Source: Longimicrobiales bacterium (GTDB lineage Bacteria > Gemmatimonadota > Gemmatimonadetes > Longimicrobiales > Gaopeijiaceae). Taken from it: a stretch of DNA of 32,000 bases. This document shows, piece after piece, positions 25,046 through 32,000 of this stretch. Below the pieces are notes generated by a model. The model was not told the origin of the DNA. It ran no database searches and saw nothing but the letters and a program-made list of their open reading frames with translations. Location of the stretch: positions 110,393-142,392 of the forward strand of contig CBDDCX010000006.1 in the NCBI GenBank assembly GCA_965226375.1, read 5' to 3'. The first letter of the stretch is position 1; the number at the start of each line of letters is the position of its first letter. A program made the translations under genes and the position numbers.

Positions 25046-25207
25046 TGTCCAGACCCGGGTAGGGATCCGGAGTGTGCAAGTCTTCACCCTTCGATCGTCA
25101 TCAGATACGTAGGGCGGCTCCAAGGGGTCGTCCGTGGGGTAACTGAGCCAAGCCTCGGAGCCCCAACGGGAGAGATTCGCTCTCCGATGTGATCGAATGA
25201 GGACGCC

Positions 25208-25714
25208 GTGGACGCTGACTGGGCAGAGCTCTACCGAACGACGCTGCCGGATCTGGTTCGCTTTCTGCACCGCAAGGTGTGGGATTTGGAGCGTGCCAAG
25301 GACCTGGCACAGGAGACGTTCGTCCGGGCGTTACGGGAGCAACCGGACAAGCCCCGCGCGTGGCTTTTTACGGTTGCGGCCAACCTGGCCCGTGACGAGG
25401 CGCGAACCGCCATACGGCGCAAGAAACACCTCACGCTACTCAAGTCCGAGGCGGAAGTGCGTGGGCCGGCCCCCGATCCGCAGGCGGAGCTCGAACGGGG
25501 GGAGCGCGAGGCGGAGGTGCGGAGGGCTCTGGAGTCCCTGGGGGAGAGAGACCGTGAGGCCCTTCTCCTGTGGGATGCGGGGCAGAACTACGAAGACATC
25601 GCAGAGGCGCTGGACCTGGCGGTGGGCGCGGTGGGAACCACGCTCGCCCGTGCCCGGCAGCGGCTCGTGAAGGCGCATGGAGACTTGGAGCAATCAGATG
25701 TCGCACGTCGGTAA
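25208..25714 (+). CDS. ECF-type RNA polymerase sigma factor (sigma-70 family)
   Basis: 168 aa, GTG start with GAGGA 4 nt upstream. Region 2: DLAQETFVRALREQPDKPRAWLFTVAANLARDE. Region 4: REALLLWDAGQNYEDIAEALDLAVGAVGTTLARARQRL. Confidence 0.9.
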   Translation: MDADWAELYRTTLPDLVRFLHRKVWDLERAKDLAQETFVRALREQPDKPRAWLFTVAANLARDEARTAIRRKKHLTLLKSEAEVRGPAPDPQAELERGEREAEVRRALESLGERDREALLLWDAGQNYEDIAEALDLAVGAVGTTLARARQRLVKAHGDLEQSDVARR

Positions 25715-26915
25715 GGGAGATATCCACGCCTACCTCGACGGCGCCCTGGGCGCCTATCCCGAGGGTGAGGCCAATCGCGTGGGACAGCACCTGGACGAGT
25801 GCGAGGCGTGCGCTCGATCCTTGGATGAAGAGCGAGAGCTCCGTATGGTCGCGTCGGAAATTCTGGCCGCTACGGCCGAGGCTCCCATGGACCTGGCACC
25901 GTTCGAAGAACTGGTGGCAGGGGCGGACGAGGCAGAGTCGACCCGCCCGTCCGGCGGGACGTCGAAGTTCAGGGTGCTCCGCATGGCCGCCACGGTGGTG
26001 ATTTCCCTCGGTGCCGGATGGATGGCCCATGATCTGACCGGACCCGGCAGCGAACTGGCAACCGCGCCTGCGCTCGACGCGGTGCGAACCCAGGAGGGCG
26101 TTCCGTCGCGAGCTGACGAGGCCCTGAATCCGTTCCAGGCCGAGCCCGAACTCAGGCAGGCCGATCAGGGCGACTTTACCGCCCAGGTTGCGTCACCCGT
26201 GCAGTCGCAGGACCTCGACGCCGAGGCGGTGCCACCCATTGCCTGTGCGGCACTCTCCGACGTGGTAATAGCGCCGACCGACGCGCCGGCCGCCGCGGTC
26301 CCCATGGAGTCCGCCGATGAGGTTGAGGCCGGACGGCGCGACGCGGTCGGCGGCGCTCTCCGGTTGGATCAGCAGCGAGCGTCCGAGGCAGCGCCCCAAG
26401 CGGCCGGACCAGCCGCTCCCCTGGAGCGGAGAAGGCGCGAGGCGGTCGACCCGACCAGCGTCATGGACAACCGAGCTGTCACGGGAGTGGCCAGAGGCGT
26501 GGCTGCCTCCGTCCTGGCGGAGGATGTCACGAAGTCCAATCAGGATGAGCTGTTCGCGGACAATGCCAACGCGATGAGTCTCAATGAAATGTCAGTCACC
26601 GGGCGCACGAGCTCCTTCGTCATCCCAGGCCTCTCGATCCGGGACGTCCGGTTCGGGGGAGGCGCCGAGGGTTTCGATTCTGCGGTGACGATCATTCAGG
26701 AGCTCCCGGACGGGCGCGTCGTGGAGTTGCGCTTCGTACCCACCCTGGCGGAGCGAGACACATCGAGGGACGCTGAGGGGATCCCCGTCGCACGCCTCCC
26801 GGACGGGTGGAACCAGGTCGTTCGAGAACTCCTGGATGGTCTGGCTATTCTCCGCGGCCCGCTCGGTGAAGCCGAGTTATCCGAACTACTCGACCAGGCG
26901 CTCGCCCGGCGCTGA
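25698..26915 (+). CDS. Anti-sigma factor (zf-HC2 type), single-pass membrane protein with Ala/Pro-rich linker and uncharacterised C-terminal domain
   Basis: Start at MSHVGKGDIHAYLDGAL (GGAG 7 nt upstream), overlapping the sigma gene by 17 nt. H-x3-C-x2-C motif HLDECEAC. TM segment MAATVVISLGAGWMA. Confidence 0.75.
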   Translation: MSHVGKGDIHAYLDGALGAYPEGEANRVGQHLDECEACARSLDEERELRMVASEILAATAEAPMDLAPFEELVAGADEAESTRPSGGTSKFRVLRMAATVVISLGAGWMAHDLTGPGSELATAPALDAVRTQEGVPSRADEALNPFQAEPELRQADQGDFTAQVASPVQSQDLDAEAVPPIACAALSDVVIAPTDAPAAAVPMESADEVEAGRRDAVGGALRLDQQRASEAAPQAAGPAAPLERRRREAVDPTSVMDNRAVTGVARGVAASVLAEDVTKSNQDELFADNANAMSLNEMSVTGRTSSFVIPGLSIRDVRFGGGAEGFDSAVTIIQELPDGRVVELRFVPTLAERDTSRDAEGIPVARLPDGWNQVVRELLDGLAILRGPLGEAELSELLDQALARR

Positions 26916-26961
26916 GCCCGCCGCTTTCCGATGCCTGCCGGTGGGTCGGTCCCCCGAGGCC

Positions 26962-29643
26962 TTACTTTTTCCGCATGGCTGACATGGGATCGACCCGAGT
27001 GGCGCGGAACGCCGGGATGTAGTTGGCCACCAGCGCCACCACCATCAGGGCCGCCGGCACACCGATGAACGTCACCGGATCTCGGGGGCTTATGCCGACC
27101 ACCATGCTCTCCAGGACGGGACTCAGCAGGAGCGCTCCGACGATTCCGACCGCGGCTCCGGCGGTCATCAGCGTCCCGCCCTTGTAAAGCACCATGCGCA
27201 GCACGTCCCCTCGCTGGGCACCGAGTGCCATCCGCAGGCTGATCTCGGCCTTTCTCTCCGAGACCATATACGACATCACTCCGTAGATCCCCAGGCCCGC
27301 CATGACCAGCGCGAACACAGCGAAGGTCATCGCCAAAGTCAGGAGGGCGAGGCTGAACGACGAGCTATCGTATTTGTATTGCTCCATGGTGCGGACGTCG
27401 TCGACCGGTTGTGCCGGATCCACGGACCGGACGGCGTTCTTGATGCCGGCCAGGGCCTCCGTGGGCTCGCCGCGGGTGCGCGCGAGTAGTACCATGCGCC
27501 TCCGTGGCGTCTGCGAGAGTGGCAGGTAGATCTGCGGCACGTGCTCGATCGACGGACCGGGTCCGTACTCGGTCCCGCCTGCGATGCCGACGATGGTCAA
27601 CCAGTCCTCCGACTCGGAGCTGGCGGGAAGGATCCGCTGCCCGATGGGGTTTTCACCGGGCCAGTACTTTTCCGCGGCGGCAAGGCTGACGATCACTACA
27701 GGCGGTGCCTCGCCATTGTCCTGGAGTTCGAGACTCCGTCCCCTGAGCAGCGGCACCCGCAGCACGTCGAGGTAGTCCCGGCTGATCACGGTCTCGACCG
27801 CCCGCGGCTGGTCCCGCTCGTCGACCACCGGCCTTCCCTCGATTTCGAACCGTGATCCTTGGGATGTGACGCCGGGCCGCGTGTTCACCAGAGCGATGCC
27901 TTCCACGTCGGGGAGGGCGACGGCTGTGGCCAGCAGTTCGTCGAAGAACTGTCGAGCCCGCTGGTCCTCGGCGTAACCGGACTCGGGCAAGTCCACGACC
28001 ATGGACAGCACACCCGTGCCCTCGTATCCACGGTCGATCGTCTGGATCAGCAGGTTGGTTCGTGTAGACACGCCGGCCACCACCATGAGAATGAGGGCCA
28101 GGGCCATCTGCGAGATCACGAGTGCCCCCCGGAGGCGACCCCCCTTGCGGCCGCTCGCTCCCAAGACCCCGCCATCCTTCAGCGTGGCGCTGACGTCGGT
28201 GCGACTGCCCCGCAAGGCCGGAATCAATCCGAAGATGACGGGTGCCGCCAAGGTTACGATCAGGGGGAACGTCAGTACGTGGCGGTCGATTATGGCCGTC
28301 GTGAACAGCGCCTCCCGCCCGCGGGTGATCGCCACCAGCAGGCGCATCAGGCCATGGGCCATGGCCAAGCCCATCACCCCCGCCGACGTGGCCACGAGTA
28401 CGCTCTCGGTCAGCAGTTGGCGGATGATACGGAGCCTGCTGGCACCAAGGGCCACGCGCACCGCCAACTCACGGCTACGGCCCGGGGACCGCGCGAGGAG
28501 CATGTTGGCCACGTTGGCGCAGGCGATCATGAGCACGAACCCGCCCGTCAGTCCCAACAGGAGCAGGATCGCGGGAAGCTCATCGCCCAGCAGCAGGGTC
28601 CGCGTGTCCACCACGTGCATATTCCAGTTGCCGTTGGTTTCCGGATAGAGCTCCGAGAGGTGCTCACCCAGGGCGGTTATGTCCTCGTCGGCTTGCTCGA
28701 CCGTGACGCCCGGCAGGAGCCGCCCCGACACCAGGAGGGTTCTTGCTTCCCGATCGCCACCTGTCTCCGGTTCGTCGAGGGGCAGCCAAAGCCTTGCGAG
28801 GCCGAGGCTCGCGAACTCCATGCGCGACGATACGACCCCAACGATCGTGTGTTGGCTTCCGTCTATGCGAAGCGTCTGACCGAGGACGTCGGGATCGCCT
28901 CCGAAGCGTTCCTCCCAGAACCCGTAGGAAAGCAGAACGACGGGTGCCGCTCCGGGCCGATCCTCCCCCGGCAGAAAGTCGCGACCCAACGCCATCGGGA
29001 CTCTCCAGTTGCCCAAGAAGTTGTCGGTGGCTTTGTGGATCGCCACTCGCTCGGGCTCGTCGCCACCCGTGAGAATGGCGTTCTCCATCATGAGCCCCGA
29101 GAGGCCTTCGAAGCTGCGTTGGTCCCGCCGAAGGTCCACCAGATCCTGGAAGCTTACTCCCTCTTGGAACTGGCCGGTGGCGGCATCGTTCATCGACAAG
29201 AACCCGAGCGTCTCGTCGTCCTGCATTGGCAGGTCCTGGAACGCCACGATGTTGACCAGGCTGAAAATCGCCGTGTTCACGCCGATGGCGAGAGCCAGGG
29301 CGAGTGCGGAGATGACCGCGTAGCCGGGGCTCTTCTTTAGGCTACGAAGGCCGTATCCGATATCCTGCCACAGGGTCTCCATCAGTAGACCGCCCTCCCT
29401 GGAGCGAGACGAGCGTTCGCGAAACCGGAGCGTGAGGTTGGACTTGAACGACGACAGGACCTGTCGGCGGTACCAGCGGCGAGCCGTAACAACACCCTCG
29501 GCGTCTGCCAGGGTCCGGAACTCCTCGGCCAGGTCGCCGACTTGGTTGTCGCGATACCGACCGGGCAGGATCAGCGAGAGGATAACGCGGGCGAGCCTGG
29601 GTGGACTCGCTGGCGGGGGTGACCGATGCTTCCGGGTGTTCAT
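26962..29643 (-). CDS. Duplicated MacB/FtsX-type permease with N-terminal prefix (ADOP-type), cassette 5
   Basis: 893 aa. Class B prefix PPRLARVILSLILPGRYRDNQVGDLAEEFRTL. IACANVANMLLARSPGRSRELAVRVALGASRLRI; second unit ERKAEISLRMALGAQRGD; tail FRATRVDPMSAMRKK. The ATG overlaps the padR stop (ATGA at 29640-29643). Confidence 0.9.
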   Translation of the reverse strand: MNTRKHRSPPPASPPRLARVILSLILPGRYRDNQVGDLAEEFRTLADAEGVVTARRWYRRQVLSSFKSNLTLRFRERSSRSREGGLLMETLWQDIGYGLRSLKKSPGYAVISALALALAIGVNTAIFSLVNIVAFQDLPMQDDETLGFLSMNDAATGQFQEGVSFQDLVDLRRDQRSFEGLSGLMMENAILTGGDEPERVAIHKATDNFLGNWRVPMALGRDFLPGEDRPGAAPVVLLSYGFWEERFGGDPDVLGQTLRIDGSQHTIVGVVSSRMEFASLGLARLWLPLDEPETGGDREARTLLVSGRLLPGVTVEQADEDITALGEHLSELYPETNGNWNMHVVDTRTLLLGDELPAILLLLGLTGGFVLMIACANVANMLLARSPGRSRELAVRVALGASRLRIIRQLLTESVLVATSAGVMGLAMAHGLMRLLVAITRGREALFTTAIIDRHVLTFPLIVTLAAPVIFGLIPALRGSRTDVSATLKDGGVLGASGRKGGRLRGALVISQMALALILMVVAGVSTRTNLLIQTIDRGYEGTGVLSMVVDLPESGYAEDQRARQFFDELLATAVALPDVEGIALVNTRPGVTSQGSRFEIEGRPVVDERDQPRAVETVISRDYLDVLRVPLLRGRSLELQDNGEAPPVVIVSLAAAEKYWPGENPIGQRILPASSESEDWLTIVGIAGGTEYGPGPSIEHVPQIYLPLSQTPRRRMVLLARTRGEPTEALAGIKNAVRSVDPAQPVDDVRTMEQYKYDSSSFSLALLTLAMTFAVFALVMAGLGIYGVMSYMVSERKAEISLRMALGAQRGDVLRMVLYKGGTLMTAGAAVGIVGALLLSPVLESMVVGISPRDPVTFIGVPAALMVVALVANYIPAFRATRVDPMSAMRKK

Positions 29644-29975
29644 AGCAGCCCCTCCGGATCCAGCTCCAGCTTCTCCCAGAAGCGGGCCAGGGTCTCACGG
29701 GCGTCAACCAGCGCCTCCAGCCCCGGGGGGCGGAGTTCGTAGAAGCGCTTTGCGCGGCCTCCGCGCTCTGGGGTCGGGCTGCCCACGTCCGATCGGATGA
29801 GCCCTTTGCGCTCCATGCGGTCGAGGGCGGCGTAGACTGATCCGATGGATACGGGTCGCTCGGATCGCTCCTCGATCTCGTTACGGATGGCCACCCCGTA
29901 GGCGCCCGCTTTCAAACGTGCCACGGCCAGGAGTGTGATCTGCTCGAACTCGCCGAGAAAGGCGCTGTGAGGCAT
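29640..29975 (-). CDS. PadR family transcriptional regulator (cassette 5, class B; Acidobacterial-type PadR)
   Basis: 111 aa. FEQITLLAVARLKAGAYGVAIRNEIEERSERPVSIGSVYAALDRMERKGLIRSDVGSPTPERGGRAKRFYELRPPG. Confidence 0.9.
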   Translation of the reverse strand: MPHSAFLGEFEQITLLAVARLKAGAYGVAIRNEIEERSERPVSIGSVYAALDRMERKGLIRSDVGSPTPERGGRAKRFYELRPPGLEALVDARETLARFWEKLELDPEGLL

Positions 29976-30022
29976 GGTTCCTCAATTTAATCATGGTCCG
30001 TGAAGATATCCCTGAAGAGTCC

Positions 30023-30049
30023 TACGGGAGTGTCGACGAAAGAGTTTCA
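30023..30049 (-). promoter_or_regulatory. Candidate ECF-type promoter upstream of padR-permease cassette 5
   Basis: On the minus strand: TGAAAC (30049-30044), 17 nt, CGTA (30026-30023), about 48 nt upstream of the padR ATG. It resembles the TGAAAC-N16-CGTA class of ECF promoters. This is a motif match only. Confidence 0.2.
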
Positions 30050-30141
30050 CACGTTGGCCCACGATGTGCCCGGCCGTAAACTATACGCCTTGCTTCGTAC
30101 CTTTCATGGGCTTGTTTCGCACTGTCGACCGGATAGATGAG

Positions 30142-31716
30142 ATGAAGACGGGATTGGCGTTGTGGGTTGGGGTCGTGGTGTCGGTATCCTCCGCCTGTGC
30201 CCAGGAGTCCGGCGTGACGCCGTCCACCTCGGAGGTAAGCCTGGCGCCCCTGACGGTGGATGTGCTGGAAGCGGCGGCGTCCATCACGCCGGACGACTAT
30301 CTCCGGAAGATCTCGGTCATCGCCCACGACAGCATGGGAGGACGCGATACGCCTAGTCCCGGGCTGGAGATGACGGCAGCATGGATCGCTAGCGAGTTCG
30401 AGCGGCTCGGGCTGACTCCGGGGGGGGACGACGGCGGCTACATTCAGCGCTACGCCATCCAGAGTGTGGGTCCGGATATCGTCGCTTCTTCAGCTGAGGT
30501 GAGTGGGGGCGGGGAGTTGAGGTTCGGCCGCGACCTGATGACGTCCTTCGGGGCTGCCGAAGGAGACGCCGAGGGCGAAGTCGTGGTCCTGGCCGGCACC
30601 GGGAGCGTGACCCCGGAGATCGGCGCGGCGGTCAATGGCAAGCATGTAATCGTGGCGTCCTTACCCGCCGGGGTCGACCGAAGCAGCTTTCGTTTCGTGT
30701 CCAACCTCCGACGGGAAGGGGCACTCTCCGTGCTCGTAGCCACAGACAAGTCGGATCGTGACTGGAACCGGAGCGTTGAGAGCCTGACGAACATCTCCAG
30801 CGTTCGCGTGGGCTTCAACGGGGGTGGATCACGCGGACTGACTCTCGAAGTCCGAGACCGGGCCATCGAGCCGATCCTCGCGGCCTACGGCGTCGACCTC
30901 ATGTCGGCTCGCGATCGTCGGGGCGTCACCGTCTCGGATGCCCCGGGACTGATCCTGAGTTTGTCCTCGAACGTCCGGGTCATCGACGACGACTCGGCAC
31001 CCAATGTGGTGGGCATCATCGAAGGGAGCGATCCGGAGCTCAAGGACGAGTACGTGGTGTTCAGCGCCCACATGGACCACATCGGCATCGGGTCACCGAA
31101 CGCCGAAGGGGACAGCATCAACAACGGCGCGGACGACGATGCGTCGGGAACCACCGCGATTCTCGAGCTTGCCGAGGCCTACGCGAGCATGGTCACCAGG
31201 CCCAAGCGTTCCATGATCTTCCTGGCCGTGAGCGGGGAGGAGAAGGGCTTATGGGGCAGTGAGTACTTCGCGAACAACCCACCGGTGCCGGTCGACCGCA
31301 TGGTGGCGAATCTGAACGCTGATATGATTGGGCGGAACTGGTCGGACACCATCGTGGTCATCGGCAAGGAGCATTCTGACCTGGGGGCGACCATGAATCA
31401 GGTCAACGGAGCCCATCCGGAGCTCGATATGACCGCCATCGACGACATCTGGCCGGACCAACGATTCTACTTCCGATCGGACCACTTCAACTTTGCGCAG
31501 AAGGGAGTGCCGATCCTGTTCTTCTTCAACGGCACCCACGAGGACTACCATGGGGTGAACGACGAGGTGGACCGGATCGACATCGACAAGGCGTCGAGGA
31601 TCACCAAGCTCTTGTTCTTCCTGGGCTACGAAGTGGCCGAGCGGACGGAGCGGCCGCAGTGGAACCCGGAAAGCCGCAGCCAGATCGTGTCCGACGGGCA
31701 GTGGGACGAGGGGTAG
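30142..31716 (+). CDS. M28 family metallo-aminopeptidase with PA domain, secreted
   Basis: Start at MKTGLALWVGVVVSVSSACAQE (signal peptide). M28 zinc-ligand blocks: VVFSAHMDHIG, NNGADDDASGTTAILE, FLAVSGEEKGLWGS, NLNADMIG, SDHFNFAQKGVP. Confidence 0.85.
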   Translation: MKTGLALWVGVVVSVSSACAQESGVTPSTSEVSLAPLTVDVLEAAASITPDDYLRKISVIAHDSMGGRDTPSPGLEMTAAWIASEFERLGLTPGGDDGGYIQRYAIQSVGPDIVASSAEVSGGGELRFGRDLMTSFGAAEGDAEGEVVVLAGTGSVTPEIGAAVNGKHVIVASLPAGVDRSSFRFVSNLRREGALSVLVATDKSDRDWNRSVESLTNISSVRVGFNGGGSRGLTLEVRDRAIEPILAAYGVDLMSARDRRGVTVSDAPGLILSLSSNVRVIDDDSAPNVVGIIEGSDPELKDEYVVFSAHMDHIGIGSPNAEGDSINNGADDDASGTTAILELAEAYASMVTRPKRSMIFLAVSGEEKGLWGSEYFANNPPVPVDRMVANLNADMIGRNWSDTIVVIGKEHSDLGATMNQVNGAHPELDMTAIDDIWPDQRFYFRSDHFNFAQKGVPILFFFNGTHEDYHGVNDEVDRIDIDKASRITKLLFFLGYEVAERTERPQWNPESRSQIVSDGQWDEG

Positions 31717-31795
31717 AACGTCGAATCCCTGTCAATATGCGGCCCTGACACTCGGAATTCTGACCCGTTTTTTGGGCATGTTGGTCCGAAATGCG

Positions 31796-31835
31796 AAAAA
31801 AAAGCCCTTCGCCGTTGCTCGGCGAAGGGCTTTTT
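31796..31835. terminator. Bidirectional rho-independent terminator
   Basis: A8 (31796-31803), GCCCTTCGCC (31804-31813), 7-nt loop, GGCGAAGGGC (31821-31830), T5 (31831-31835). It sits between convergent genes. Confidence 0.8.
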
Positions 31836-31849
31836 CCCCGACAGGGCCC

Positions 31850-32000
31850 CTAGTTGGGTTGATCTCCCAATAAGGGGACACATACGAAGAGGTCATCCAG
31901 ACCCAGGGCCTTCAGGAGACGCCACGCTCCCTCGGGAAGGTCCACCAGCCAAACCTGTCGATTCTCCGAGCCGGCGATCTGCTGCGCCGTGAGAAGCATC
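31850..32000 (-). CDS. C-terminal end of a STAS-domain-like protein (partial; 5' end outside the window)
   Basis: Open minus frame to the window edge: ..LLTAQQIAGSENRQVWLVDLPEGAWRLLKALGLDDLFVCVPLLGDQPN*. The pattern (V..L....LL...GL...F) resembles the last strand and helix of STAS/anti-sigma antagonist domains. Weak, short evidence. Confidence 0.35.
   Translation of the reverse strand, partial: MLLTAQQIAGSENRQVWLVDLPEGAWRLLKALGLDDLFVCVPLLGDQPN

Noticed and set aside
27859-29340. 493-aa plus-strand ORF. Similar large antisense ORFs occur at 4457-5446, 14050-14931, 17962-18810, 21680-22423 and 23353-23931.
   Set aside because: All lie antisense or out of frame within the permease or D-aminoacylase genes. 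Stop-codon scarcity in GC-rich DNA explains them, and none shows protein-family features.
1-32000. Search for tRNA, rRNA, tmRNA and CRISPR arrays in intergenic regions
   Set aside because: No cloverleaf-compatible segments with GTTCGAATC-like T-loops, no rRNA-like conserved stretches and no spacer-interrupted repeats were seen by eye. tRNAscan-SE or Infernal would be needed for a definitive negative.

Overview
GC-rich bacterial chromosomal segment with compact genes. Many long antisense 'shadow' ORFs in the track are artefacts of the high G+C. The gene content (PadR-coupled duplicated orphan MacB/FtsX-type permeases, a TolB-like propeller, exported peptidases) looks most like Acidobacteriota/Gemmatimonadota-type genomes; this taxonomic call is inference only. 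Layout, left to right: (1) 1-399, partial sugar transferase. (2) 529-2621, marR, then an IS1595-family insertion with intact inverted repeats and a 10-bp flanking direct repeat, then doxX. (3) 2752-6871, exported M55 D-aminopeptidase, D-aminoacylase and a YkvI-like transporter. (4) 6872-8008, a purine-rich spacer with a 53-codon sORF and a textbook terminator, then a sulfocyanin-like cupredoxin lipoprotein. (5) A TerC-family gene. (6) 8938-9806, a chimeric scar joining the 5' half of a DUF3052-like gene to a MacB/LolD-type ABC ATPase gene cut inside its Walker A codons, ending in a 3 x 20-bp tandem repeat. (7) A cysteine synthase-rhodanese fusion, a pterin carbinolamine dehydratase and a second DoxX. 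The right 17.5 kb (12.5-30 kb) is the notable part. It holds five paralogous cassettes, each a small PadR-type regulator plus an ~890-aa duplicated MacB/FtsX permease that carries a cytoplasmic helical prefix where MacB has its ATPase domain. Three cassettes are intact; a head-to-head deletion junction at ~23396 truncates the PadR of a fourth (its permease ORF is intact) and leaves only a 5'-truncated permease of the fifth. A vapBC pair, a TolB-like beta-propeller and an ECF sigma/anti-sigma pair are interspersed. Regulator and permease genes overlap by ATGA in three cassettes, the cassettes fall into two co-varying regulator/prefix classes, and no functional ATPase partner lies in the window. 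The window ends with an M28 aminopeptidase, a bidirectional terminator and a partial STAS-like gene. No rRNA, tRNA or CRISPR array was recognised.
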